Source of the DNA: an uncultured archaeon
GTDB taxonomy: Archaea; Asgardarchaeota; Thorarchaeia; Thorarchaeales; Thorarchaeaceae
DNA: 32,000 nt
Reading direction: 5' to 3'
Assembly (NCBI GenBank): GCA_964648855.1
Contig: CAZYLT010000003.1
Span: forward strand, 60,001 to 92,000
Part shown: one piece after another, positions 9,401 to 18,368 of the stretch
Position numbering within the stretch: position 1 is the stretch's first letter
Layout of the letters: the number at the start of each line of letters is the position of its first letter
Translations under genes and position numbers: made by a program
Notes under the pieces: model-generated
What the model was told of the DNA's origin: nothing
Databases searched by the model: none
What the model saw: the letters and a program-made list of their open reading frames with translations, nothing else

Positions 9401-12400
9401 ATCACTATTCGACTTGGCACATTAACCGAATACCAAGAGTGGTATGCTTCTGATTCCAGTCCGTATGCCCTTTCAATTCCAAGCGATGGTGTTTCATGCG
9501 GTGTTCACAACCTTACAGTGACACTGGAAAGAGAAGACTGTTCTAGTTTGATTCTCCAAGACCATGTAGAGGTTCATCCAGCTGACCTTACGTACATCTC
9601 CTCAATAGCAGACATTGACGGCAAAATGAATACAGAGTTGGTCATTCCAACATCTTTGCATTTTTCAGAAAATGGCACATTCATCGCAGACCAACAGGTA
9701 TCACTTGAAATCAAAGATGAGTTCGGAACAATTGTCTTCGCAGACTCGATTATTTCTCGGGATACAGTACAAGAGTTGTTATGGGCTCCACGCCAGATGG
9801 GTCATTATTCGTTTGGCTTATTCTTCGAGAGAAATGGCACATTGGAAGAATCAACTTTCACTGGATTCTTGCACATCTATCAAGATACTAATCTAACATG
9901 GACTGAAATCGGGACCGCCAACCAGTATTCAACAATTCAAGCATCTGTGGAGTTAACTGACCAATCGGGTGAGCCTTTGGCGGGACAGGCAGTTATTCTA
10001 TCAGTATTCAATCCAGATTCAGCTTTAATCGTCAATGAAACAGCGATTACGAATTCGACCGGATATGCAAGTGTTTCTGTTCAATTGGCAGAAAATGGTC
10101 ATTACACTATCTATGCCGAGTTTTCCGGATTTGAGCTTCTCTCCCCGTCTCTAGAGACAGCAACATTTGTTTCATATACAGACACATCTGTGTCAATTGA
10201 TGGCATCGAGTCAGGGTTAGTGAATACAACCTGGCTCATCCATGCTAGATTGGAGGACTCTGCAGGGTACCCTCTTGATGGACTACAGGTAACTCTCACA
10301 ATCACACTCTTGCCCTCAACTCTTATACTCGAACAAACTCTGACGACGAATGCAACTGGAGATATTATTCTCCAATGGACCGCAGATATCGCTGGTGGAT
10401 ACCTTGTGGAGGCAACATTCACTGGTTCTGTATCTAGGGGTTTTTCAGCTGACTCAGTGACGATAGACCTCAGAATCCCCATCATACATCACATTTCTTT
10501 ATCCGGCGGTTTCGAGGTCGGCCGGGAGGCTTGGGTCAGTGTTGCAGCCGAGGATCACACCCAAACACCGGTGAATAGTATCACGGTCCAGTTCGTCGTC
10601 AGAGACCCAGTTGGAGATATTATCTTTACTGACTCAGCCATCTTAGACAATGGACTTGCAAACTTCTCTTGGACACCTACTGTAAGAGGAGCAAACACAA
10701 TTACAATCTCCAATGGTAATGAACACTGGTATAATGCCTCGGAATCAATAGAAATAGTAGACGTATTTGAGCAACCTGAAATCTATTCGAGTCTGCAAAA
10801 TGTGGCGATTGCTCCCCTGACGAACTTGCTCTTAGTTCATGTAATGGACTCCTCAGGAACACCAGTCAATTCAGTCACACTTCATATATCCATTTGGCTA
10901 AACGAGATTCCCATACTTGACTCTACCAATATCACTGATAGCAATGGCAATACATCTGTGTTGATGTCGCTAGTAGAACCAGGCGAACTAGAAATATGCG
11001 TGTCTATGGCTCAGCAAGACCATCTCCTCGCAGCAGAGAGTAGCTTGATTTCATCCGTTCTTGCATCAACAACCATCGAAATCAACCTAAGTGGACTTCC
11101 AATCAGTCAGGGACAAGTGTTGCCAATATCGGTTTTACTCCTAGATTGGCTTGACGCTCCACTTTCAGGTGCGACCGTCTTGATATCAGTGGAGAATGCA
11201 ACTGGATATGTTGTCGAATCTGATACAAGGATAACAGGTAGCGATGGAACTTGCGTAATGGCGTATACCTGCTCTATTGTGGGGGACTTTGTGATTCGTG
11301 CAGAGTATGCAGGTTCCATGCTGAATGCCTCTTCTGAGGATTCACAATTACAACGGGTCACCGTTGTTCCCGACATTGTTCTTGAAAATGACCCAACCGC
11401 AGAAGTTGGGACCGCCTTCCAGTTTTCAGTTGGGATTCTTGATAATCTGGACGATTGGATTGCTGGAAGGAGCGTGACACTAACAATAGGGCAAGATGGA
11501 GCAACAATCTTCGAAAGTCAAAAGCTAACAGTTGATGGGTTGGTGATCTTTTCATGGACTCCTGTTGAACGAGGGCCATACGTTATCACTATCATCCATA
11601 ACGGAGACGGCTACCATTATCTTTACAGTGATACACAAACCGATCTCAATGCGCTAGAGCAGGTTGGTGGTAGTATTACATTATCTACCGATTCGATTGA
11701 CGTATTTGATGAGATCAGCCTTTCCTATGAGTTGACAGAATCTTCTCAGATACAGGGAGTTAGTATTCTATTCGAGGTCCTTGATATGGATTTGATTCCA
11801 CTATGGGATATGACCTGCAGCACAGATTCAAACGGGATTGCAGTTGTCAATTACACAGCAGAACACGCTCATGGTGATCTAGTAGTCAGAGCTGAACCTG
11901 TTGAGGGGCAATTCCTGTTGGGAGGATTTACACAGGACCAGTTCATCGCGAAGACATTCTGCCATCTCGGTTCAGAGATTTTACCCTCTCCTCCTGTGAT
12001 AAACCAAGAAACGACACTTCTTCTTTCTGGAAAAAGTGACCTCGGAACATCCCTGGGTGATGTGACTGTTCGTGTAGAAATCAAGAGGGGACAACAACAA
12101 ATCGTACTTGATTACGTTACTCTCGTGAATGGTACAGCAAATGTGCTCTTCACACCTTCAGAAAAGGGTCTGTACTCGGTCGAGGTGCGCATTAGTGAAT
12201 CTCCCTTGTATTATGCTCTCATTGATGAGTTTTATCACACGATATACTGTCCAACTACTTTGGAGATCGTAGATATCGACAGCATTCTCGAGATTGGAGA
12301 TACTCTAACAGTCACCGTTCAATTAACTAATGAATTGGATGGAACTATGGAGGGTCAGACTGTAACGCTATCTCTCGGGTCCATTCTGGGGCCGATTGAT

Positions 12401-14179
12401 TTAATTACAGACGAGGATGGACTCGTAACGTGGAAACCCACAGTCGATGTAGAAGGAGAATTCATTCTTACTGCTACATTCTCGACTTGGGAAACTTACC
12501 TCGCTTCATCCATTGAAGCAGAGGTTGATGTCAATTTTGGTACAATATTGCAGGTAGATGATTTATCCACCGATATTCTCGTTGCTGGAATCGCACCTTT
12601 GAACATGAGCTTCCTGTTGACTGATACGGATGGAAGTCCACTCGAAGGTCGCACGGTGAATGTTTCACTATATCACGATGAATTTGGAATCATGGAGCAG
12701 TTTTCTTACATTCAGCAGGGTTTCTCTGATGAACTCGTGCAGATTATGTTTGAAACGATGGGACACTACACAGTATTAGTTAGATTTGAGGGAACCGAGC
12801 ATTACCATCCCAGCAGTTCTGCGATAGACGTCTTTGTCTTTGGGACTACTTCATTGGTCATTGATGCACCAACATCAGTCGACCGAAGCAAGAATGAGAA
12901 TATCACTATCACTCTTGTAGATGAACTGGGTGAAACGCTGGACCCTTTGATGCTCTCATATTCAGTAACTCTCATCGGGGCATCCAACTCTCTGGAGAAT
13001 CGTCTAACTGTTGAAAACGGTGTCATAGCAATACACCTCTTAGGTTTGGAATGTGGAACTTACTCTCTCTCAGCTGTCGTCGATGATTCAAAAACAAGAT
13101 TGGGTTCCACCAGCAGTGCTACGTTCAATATCACGAGTCAGGCTCATTTCAATATCACATCTCAAAAAATCAACGGACTGATTCATAATGATCATTGGAT
13201 TAGGCTGAAGGTTGAGGACTCGTTGAACCAAATTATCAGTGATGCTACGATTGAAGTGAGCCTTTGGGCACCTGATGGTCGGGAAATCTATGGCTCTTTT
13301 CTGAGCACTGTCACATTACTTCAGACCGATGAGGGTTGGGCTGAGATTGCATGGATGCCAAACAGAATCGGGAATTACTCCCTAGTTGTTCGTTATCAGG
13401 GAACCAAACACGTTGAAAATGCCACATTACATAGGATAATCCTAACCCGCCACAAAACAAATTTTGCTACGGAGATTCCCGAGGCGATTTCTTATCCGGA
13501 AGACCTCAGGTTCACTATGGAGCTGCAATATGAAAATGGCCCTTTGGTGAATGCAAGTGTCCTTCTTTCGGTCGTCAGAGATAGCCAAATATTGCACACT
13601 GCATCACAGAAAACGAGTTTTGCAGGCATAATTGCCTTTGAGGTTGCAGGTCTTCAGAGTGGAAACTACACTGTTATCCTAGAATATGAGGGCTCGAGTG
13701 ATTTCTCCGACTGCACACTTGTTACTGATTTAGTTGTGCAACCCGATGTTAACCTGGAACTGTCAGTGCTCAGCATGCCATATGTCCAAGTGAAGGGTGA
13801 CCTTCAGCTATCACTAGTCATTAGGGGCATTGATTCTCTATGGACAGGTACACTCATCATGGAAATAGTGAGTGATGGAGGCTTCTCTGAGAGATTACTT
13901 GAAACTGTCGTAGGACCAAATGTCACCAAGAGTATCTCTGTCCTATTGGAGCAGGAGGGGAATTACACAATTAGATATGGTGTCACTCATGTTCCTCTAC
14001 TTGGAGATGTGTTCCTATCATCTAGCATAGTCATAACAGGTCCACCGCTGACCATTCCGATGGATGAGGCGAGCTTTCCCGTTGCAGTCAGTGGTATTGT
14101 CTTGGCTGTCATTGGAGTTATTCTAAAGAAGCGACTAGGTGTCGCTCTGGAATCACTTCCAGTAGATTGGGATTCCTGA
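6428..14179 (+). CDS. Giant cell-surface glycoprotein (2583 aa): signal peptide, small alpha/beta domain, prenyltransferase/squalene-cyclase-like alpha/alpha barrel repeats, about 15 Ig-like repeats, C-terminal TM anchor
   Basis: TTG 6428 gives the signal peptide MRKKFILVYLIGLLILLPS and overlaps the upstream TGA. QW-like repeats: RQEGDGGFG, NPDGSFS, NQLDSGGYG. Recurring ~100-aa units LxDxxGxP(L/V)xGxxV...TxxxG. Many NxS/T sequons. TM FPVAVSGIVLAVIGVIL followed by KKR. Confidence 0.85.
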   Translation: MRKKFILVYLIGLLILLPSNTTGNSKQRPASAPLISPSLSELTGDSANMGDYLLLEASGQVIPEKGIAVSERLSARGLSVQIVDIADIMMQHELVKHAPVLILDSSLGSDQGTAISADIVSLLIKYDRPVVLLGNACWLTHRFRGDNQTAETAPVEGNLYFASSQAGSVYFSSPHPMVNGSPLTTETLHLPVDQPQTERSRLVNLTQTQSNDALTSLRYESWPLDSFLVGMEDPSQWSAEGTSFLVNIIAYATAMSESRLSSTIADSQSDGTFAGGFAYPHTPTMDATYHAIKIAHNLLNDSEWTVWVNNHSSEIINILDSMFFDFGAEAGFSGNPWSSTVSLTDTANGLWAVEVCNLQAEFPTNELVSYISTRQEGDGGFGNSVDITFYATEALFATDSLSTIDLQELGYWLEDCEITSGDAPSQPEKWGGIAKNPSSSIPTNMYAMYAVLARNLMSNPHNDQKLVEWILDTSNPDGSFSNSLNSGDSLVRGTASALTSLKVKGQLSSANHTNGLAWLEANQLDSGGYGVDNKSSDILAKTSETSLVSLTLMWLEEQTNIVGMNILDYLISIDSAAGFELMEPASSLMWSSYMSRSSRYAHAGGIVDVDGMNSYRAMFSSFSIYPPFGNFSTAHAPEYMINQYWTNSVWTQLFGAIMSTEIGAPISPSVESAVVQYIQQCENDGDHYQQKTMSFDRRMQFTVAAIETLYLLDRLDAIQYRASIENLIMADYNEGTWDSADWSLRPFAGTQSAIDYLSTRAAMRLGLVDETIAAEIESVVNTRIQYSDLWALSRDVALLSLLSTEFSVSFDAIDASQILNALGPSPFANGWYNSTISYQPVFTADIMEMISILGLRNPVFDVAGTQLSASMPTQAQLGGTVSIDVSLNSSSGTATIFVSAFGKWTRFDNVTNDEVLVLDVSSNASSLGAHDIFLMLWNEGESRSFHLGIIEVVGTLNGSMTLETPFVLTGDWVNATVEWWICSGVDAGITNITIRLGTLTEYQEWYASDSSPYALSIPSDGVSCGVHNLTVTLEREDCSSLILQDHVEVHPADLTYISSIADIDGKMNTELVIPTSLHFSENGTFIADQQVSLEIKDEFGTIVFADSIISRDTVQELLWAPRQMGHYSFGLFFERNGTLEESTFTGFLHIYQDTNLTWTEIGTANQYSTIQASVELTDQSGEPLAGQAVILSVFNPDSALIVNETAITNSTGYASVSVQLAENGHYTIYAEFSGFELLSPSLETATFVSYTDTSVSIDGIESGLVNTTWLIHARLEDSAGYPLDGLQVTLTITLLPSTLILEQTLTTNATGDIILQWTADIAGGYLVEATFTGSVSRGFSADSVTIDLRIPIIHHISLSGGFEVGREAWVSVAAEDHTQTPVNSITVQFVVRDPVGDIIFTDSAILDNGLANFSWTPTVRGANTITISNGNEHWYNASESIEIVDVFEQPEIYSSLQNVAIAPLTNLLLVHVMDSSGTPVNSVTLHISIWLNEIPILDSTNITDSNGNTSVLMSLVEPGELEICVSMAQQDHLLAAESSLISSVLASTTIEINLSGLPISQGQVLPISVLLLDWLDAPLSGATVLISVENATGYVVESDTRITGSDGTCVMAYTCSIVGDFVIRAEYAGSMLNASSEDSQLQRVTVVPDIVLENDPTAEVGTAFQFSVGILDNLDDWIAGRSVTLTIGQDGATIFESQKLTVDGLVIFSWTPVERGPYVITIIHNGDGYHYLYSDTQTDLNALEQVGGSITLSTDSIDVFDEISLSYELTESSQIQGVSILFEVLDMDLIPLWDMTCSTDSNGIAVVNYTAEHAHGDLVVRAEPVEGQFLLGGFTQDQFIAKTFCHLGSEILPSPPVINQETTLLLSGKSDLGTSLGDVTVRVEIKRGQQQIVLDYVTLVNGTANVLFTPSEKGLYSVEVRISESPLYYALIDEFYHTIYCPTTLEIVDIDSILEIGDTLTVTVQLTNELDGTMEGQTVTLSLGSILGPIDLITDEDGLVTWKPTVDVEGEFILTATFSTWETYLASSIEAEVDVNFGTILQVDDLSTDILVAGIAPLNMSFLLTDTDGSPLEGRTVNVSLYHDEFGIMEQFSYIQQGFSDELVQIMFETMGHYTVLVRFEGTEHYHPSSSAIDVFVFGTTSLVIDAPTSVDRSKNENITITLVDELGETLDPLMLSYSVTLIGASNSLENRLTVENGVIAIHLLGLECGTYSLSAVVDDSKTRLGSTSSATFNITSQAHFNITSQKINGLIHNDHWIRLKVEDSLNQIISDATIEVSLWAPDGREIYGSFLSTVTLLQTDEGWAEIAWMPNRIGNYSLVVRYQGTKHVENATLHRIILTRHKTNFATEIPEAISYPEDLRFTMELQYENGPLVNASVLLSVVRDSQILHTASQKTSFAGIIAFEVAGLQSGNYTVILEYEGSSDFSDCTLVTDLVVQPDVNLELSVLSMPYVQVKGDLQLSLVIRGIDSLWTGTLIMEIVSDGGFSERLLETVVGPNVTKSISVLLEQEGNYTIRYGVTHVPLLGDVFLSSSIVITGPPLTIPMDEASFPVAVSGIVLAVIGVILKKRLGVALESLPVDWDS

Positions 14180-14486
14180 AGTGTCTGATAAAATCGACCA
14201 TCACAAATGGATTGCATGAGTGCATACCAAGTTCATCTCAGGGGCGCTTGCGTTGTTTGCTTCGATTGCATTTATCTTGGAATACAAAGGACCTTACATC
14301 GGTAGTTAGTAGACTGAAGGCACAGTTGCTGAGTCAAACCAGATATTCAAGATATTTAGGCAACTATAACTGCAGTGCTATACAGCAGAACCTCTAACCC
14401 TCTCGCTGGCAAACCGTTTCATCACCACAATGCTAAATAGAACATTTTGGGCAGTCACACTAACGTGAACAAAGGTGAGCTAAATT

Positions 14487-15521
14487 ATGGCATCCGAAGC
14501 ACAACCTACAGGCGCGGACACTTTCAAATGCCCGGTCTGTAATGGCAATGTTCGGACTGGCCCTGACGACGTGGTGATCACGTGCGGTTACTGCGGTAAC
14601 ACAACTACCATAGAAGGTAAAGATATCGGAGAACACTTGATGGAAACTGCAGTCGATAAAGACAAGCGGTTGAAACAATTCCGAGAATTTCTTGACAAAA
14701 ACAAGGGCATAAACAAAGGCCTTGTGGATGGCGCTCAGGTAGTTGAAAACTCCCTAATTTTTGTCCCAGTTTGGACGGCCAAAGTAAAAGCCGACAGCTG
14801 GTATAAGGGGTACAAGACGGTTCAGGTTCCAGTTCAACGAACTGAGCACTACACGGATAGTGAAGGAAACAGAAAGACTAGAACGGTGACAGAGTATGAA
14901 ACCGGATATGTTCCGGTTCAGGATGAGATTCATACAGACACCGACGAACGCTTATTGGCTCGAAAGGGAGCTCGTTTCTACGGTCTGGAGCAGTACCTTG
15001 AAGCGATTGACTTGGGGAAGACCCAGCAATACAACTTCGAACTGATTAAAGACATGAATCCCACTATGCTTAATGCAGAAATCGGTCAGGATGAGTTCGA
15101 AAACACTGTCCATGGACGCGTGGCTGACCGTCATCGAGCCAAGGCAAAGAGTGGACTGGCAGAGCTCTTCGATTGCAGAACCAAGACCAATGTTCGAGGA
15201 AGCACTTACCTGCAAGCACCCTTCTCGCTGATCAGGTACAAGTTCCAAGGTGACCTCTACAAGGCGGCCCTGAACGGAAGAACAGGCGATGTTGTGCTCG
15301 GCGAAATCCCCATAACAAAGGGACAGCGTATTATCTGGACTCTTGTTGGAATCATTGGAACAGTACTTGCTGGTACAGGAGCTGAGATCGCTCGATTGGG
15401 CTATTTCGCCGATATGATGACCTATATGGCTGGCGGTGCGATAGGCGCAGTTATTGGTGTAGTTTTGGCAGTCTTTGGATTCAGAACATTGCTGATGACT
15501 CAGCGGGAGAAGACGGGGTGA
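14487..15521 (+). CDS. Zn-ribbon protein with two C-terminal TM helices (YdjG-like), paralog 1
   Basis: CPVC...CGYC ribbon, FVPVW, YLQAPFSLIRYKFQGDLYKAALNGRTGDV..GEIP, then two hydrophobic helices. RBS AGGTGAG. Confidence 0.75.
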   Translation: MASEAQPTGADTFKCPVCNGNVRTGPDDVVITCGYCGNTTTIEGKDIGEHLMETAVDKDKRLKQFREFLDKNKGINKGLVDGAQVVENSLIFVPVWTAKVKADSWYKGYKTVQVPVQRTEHYTDSEGNRKTRTVTEYETGYVPVQDEIHTDTDERLLARKGARFYGLEQYLEAIDLGKTQQYNFELIKDMNPTMLNAEIGQDEFENTVHGRVADRHRAKAKSGLAELFDCRTKTNVRGSTYLQAPFSLIRYKFQGDLYKAALNGRTGDVVLGEIPITKGQRIIWTLVGIIGTVLAGTGAEIARLGYFADMMTYMAGGAIGAVIGVVLAVFGFRTLLMTQREKTG

Positions 15522-15526
15522 CATGA

Positions 15527-16495
15527 ATGGCAAGATGTAATTTTTGTGATGCTGATTTTGAGGCAGGAAAAGGAGACTTATTGTTGGTCTGTCCGTACTG
15601 TGGTACAGCTCAGACAAAGGAAGGAGCCAAATTTACCGACCATTATATGATTAGAGTGCATTTTCCACAACACGAAGCTCAGACAACCCTTCTTGACTGG
15701 GTATCCAAGCAGCTCGGGGTACCCGAAGACTTACCCACAAAGGCTCGATTCCTTGGATATGAGCAGGTCTGGTATCCGTTTTGGATATCACGAGTCGACG
15801 CCTCTACCAACTATGTTGGGCTTGGAAAGGACGCGAACTTCCATAATGAATGGCCGCAACGCCGAGGGGCATACAAGAACATCGATTTCTACTGGAAGAA
15901 GGAATCGGGCGAATTTACTCGGCGGCATGAAATCAAGATTCCTGCGGTTGATAATATTGACCCTGATGTTGCTGGTCATCCAATCCCAACGAGGTCAAAG
16001 GAATTCTTCAGCCACTCTCACGCTGAAGAATACAGCGGTAAGGTCCTGCACAGCAAGCTCGATCAGAGCCGTGCAAAGGAGAAGGCCAAAGAAGCGGCAT
16101 ACGAACGACAGACTGCTCTCGTCCTAGATGAGGTTGACAAAATCGAGTCACGAGATGATGATATTAACGTGGGCGAGACCTTTCTGATCCATGTTCCAGT
16201 TTGGGAGCTCCAATACAGGTATGGCAACCGGAAGTACAAAGCTTCTGTTGCGGCATCAACTGGCTATGTCATTGAGAGCAAGTATCCCCGGTCGATGGCA
16301 TTCCGTGCAATGGGCATAGGAATCGGATTGTTTCTCCTCCTTGCGGGTGCTGGATTAATCACCTTAGCTCTTGGTTTGTTGGGGTTGACTCTCTTCCCTG
16401 CTGGTGGTCTTGTATCTGGTGGCATTCTAGGCGCAATGGGGCTTGTGCTGATGTACAAGGGTGCATCACGTAAGGAAGCGAAAGAACGAGTATAG
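15527..16495 (+). CDS. Zn-ribbon protein with two C-terminal TM helices (YdjG-like), paralog 2
   Basis: CNFC...CPYC ribbon, WYPFW, HVPVWELQYRYGNRKYKASVAASTGYV...YP, then two TM helices. Starts 5 nt after paralog 1. Confidence 0.75.
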   Translation: MARCNFCDADFEAGKGDLLLVCPYCGTAQTKEGAKFTDHYMIRVHFPQHEAQTTLLDWVSKQLGVPEDLPTKARFLGYEQVWYPFWISRVDASTNYVGLGKDANFHNEWPQRRGAYKNIDFYWKKESGEFTRRHEIKIPAVDNIDPDVAGHPIPTRSKEFFSHSHAEEYSGKVLHSKLDQSRAKEKAKEAAYERQTALVLDEVDKIESRDDDINVGETFLIHVPVWELQYRYGNRKYKASVAASTGYVIESKYPRSMAFRAMGIGIGLFLLLAGAGLITLALGLLGLTLFPAGGLVSGGILGAMGLVLMYKGASRKEAKERV

Positions 16496-16500
16496 ACCCT

Positions 16501-16521
16501 GAGAGGAGTATAACTCCTCTC
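16501..16521. terminator. Hairpin between convergent genes; probable terminator
   Basis: GAGAGGAGT-ATA-ACTCCTCTC, starting 5 nt after the TAG at 16495 and followed by a T-rich tract. Confidence 0.6.
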
Positions 16522-16554
16522 CCACATATTTTATTCTTGCAATACTCGTGGAGA

Positions 16555-17694
16555 TTATGAATAGCTTAAGAGACCGCGAGTTGTCATCTTCTTTGTCTGC
16601 TGTAGGTCCTCCATCCAAACATCAAGTGAAGGTTCTAGTAGTGCATCTAGAACATTGCGTGTTTCGGCGTATGTACCTAATTCAGTATAGTCTCCCTGCA
16701 ATGCTGCTGAAACACCAGCTCTAGGAATCCAACCATTCAGGATTTTGTTTCTGCTGTTGTTTGAAAGATGAAAAACAGTGACTCTCATACCACTCCTTGT
16801 TTTCCACATATGTCGCATCGCAGAGAGCCTTGCGGAATTTGCATAGGAGTTAGTCCCAGCATCTGAAAATCCAATTGTCCTGTCCTCTGAGGAGAAGCCC
16901 CTTTTTGTCACACCCTGATAACGTTCGATTCTGAAATAATCAAGAGCGGGTCTTCCCGGACGGGTGACTACAACCATAAATTCACCGACTGGACGTGAAA
17001 TATGGATTCTATATGCATCCTCATTTTCCGTATTGGCAAACATATCCTCCACGTGGGCAAAAATGGTATCTGCTACAACTCTTGACGCATTGCTCGTTGG
17101 AAGAAGCCTTCGATTCTCGTGCCTACCAAGCAATCCAACTGATAAAAGACGTGTGACTTGTTCGATTGAATAATCGTAATCGATCAAGCGCAGGATCCCT
17201 TCGGAGGCTGGTATGTCCTTCTCACATATCTTCTCAGCTACCTTACTCACTTCCGGCTTAGAAACAATCTCTAGGAAATCGGTACGAATCTCAGGGCTAC
17301 TTGGAAGAGAACCCGAACGCATAGTAAGGTCACGTGGAGGCAGGGTGGTCGCCTCCACGTTCAAGGCAACAGGACTCACCGAGAGTGCAATCTTTTGTAT
17401 GGTATTAACGGTGTATCTTGGAGTCATTGTTCGCGCATCTACCGGGAGTGAAAAGTAGTATAGATTGCGACGCATAGAGAGGATTGCATCACGGTTGAGA
17501 CCCATCCATGCTTCGGGGTGGTCATAAATTGAGATGAACTCGGAAGGCTGTGGTGTGGCAAGAACTCCAGCCCTGAGCCTTGGATATTTCCCGGACTCGA
17601 TATATATTCCAGGCGGTGAGAAAACTGTGAGATCTTGTCTAAAGGAAACATCACTGAGTTGTAGTTGAGTCGTTGCTGTTTGACCTGATGACAA
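16555..17694 (-). CDS. Nre-family archaeal DNA repair protein, divergent
   Basis: SPPGIYIESGKYPRLRAGVL, YDHPEAW and RLLSVGLLGRHENRRLLPT match Nre motifs. No N-terminal Cys cluster. The C-terminus TRGLLSY is at best a degenerate PIP box. TTG start with RBS GAGGTG. Confidence 0.75.
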   Translation of the reverse strand: MSSGQTATTQLQLSDVSFRQDLTVFSPPGIYIESGKYPRLRAGVLATPQPSEFISIYDHPEAWMGLNRDAILSMRRNLYYFSLPVDARTMTPRYTVNTIQKIALSVSPVALNVEATTLPPRDLTMRSGSLPSSPEIRTDFLEIVSKPEVSKVAEKICEKDIPASEGILRLIDYDYSIEQVTRLLSVGLLGRHENRRLLPTSNASRVVADTIFAHVEDMFANTENEDAYRIHISRPVGEFMVVVTRPGRPALDYFRIERYQGVTKRGFSSEDRTIGFSDAGTNSYANSARLSAMRHMWKTRSGMRVTVFHLSNNSRNKILNGWIPRAGVSAALQGDYTELGTYAETRNVLDALLEPSLDVWMEDLQQTKKMTTRGLLSYS

Positions 17695-17711
17695 TGAAGG
17701 TCACACCTCTT

Positions 17712-17723
17712 TTGCTATAGCAA
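17712..17723. promoter_or_regulatory. 12-bp perfect palindrome immediately upstream of the nre-like RBS; candidate operator
   Basis: TTGCTATAGCAA. Confidence 0.35.
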
Positions 17724-17915
17724 GTATTAGTTCTAGTCTACTGCTAAGGAAATTTTGATAGGGCGTTGTCTGCCCTATCGAACAGACGCATGCTGGGGGG
17801 AGATACCCGAAAGTAATTCCATCGGGAAATGAGGGAAATCTTGCTGCTATGATGAGTGATTGTTCTCAATAATCTTAAATCGGAAACCTGATTCTACTTA
17901 ATCGACGGGATTCAG

Positions 17916-18368
17916 ATGGATATTCGTAGCCAACTAGAAGATTACTTCGATTTGCTGGATATGAAATATGAATGGAATGATGATGCTGAGGCATTCGAGC
18001 TCGTATTTCGAGAACGCAAAGATGAGTTACCTGCAAAAGCGGACATTGAAGAGGATGGCAAGTACTTCCGGTATTCAATTTGGGTCAAGCCAATGAGCAA
18101 ATGGATACAGGTCTGGTGTGATGTATATCCGGTCGAAGACATTCCATCTGACACGAAAGATGAGGTTTTTCTCAGTCTTCTGAAGAGCAATCGAGAATAT
18201 GCAGAAGTGTGTTTTGACTACGATAAGGAGCGGGACATGATCGGAACCTCTCAGGAGATGATGATTCAAGGTCTCAATTTCGATACATTTCGGGAGGAGT
18301 TTTTGGCTGTACCTTGGTCGGTCAAGAAGTTCTGGACAACAATCGCAAAGGATTATGATTTGAAGTAG
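17916..18368 (+). CDS. YbjN-like protein (type III secretion chaperone-like fold)
   Basis: Acidic 150-aa protein with a helix, beta-meander, helix LLKSNREYAEVCFDYD, hairpin, helix layout typical of YbjN. Confidence 0.6.
   Translation: MDIRSQLEDYFDLLDMKYEWNDDAEAFELVFRERKDELPAKADIEEDGKYFRYSIWVKPMSKWIQVWCDVYPVEDIPSDTKDEVFLSLLKSNREYAEVCFDYDKERDMIGTSQEMMIQGLNFDTFREEFLAVPWSVKKFWTTIAKDYDLK

Noticed and set aside
9000-14050. Possible DNA-level tandem repeats or diversity-generating target in the Ig region
   Set aside because: The repeats are visible only as diverged protein motifs. No near-identical nucleotide repeats and no reverse transcriptase were seen.
14167-14397. 76-aa ORF after the giant gene
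   Set aside because: No RBS and atypical composition; probably spurious.
14952-15617. 221-aa antisense ORF
   Set aside because: It is a shadow of the two Zn-ribbon genes and has no motifs. The same applies to the other short antisense or alternate-frame ORFs in the track.
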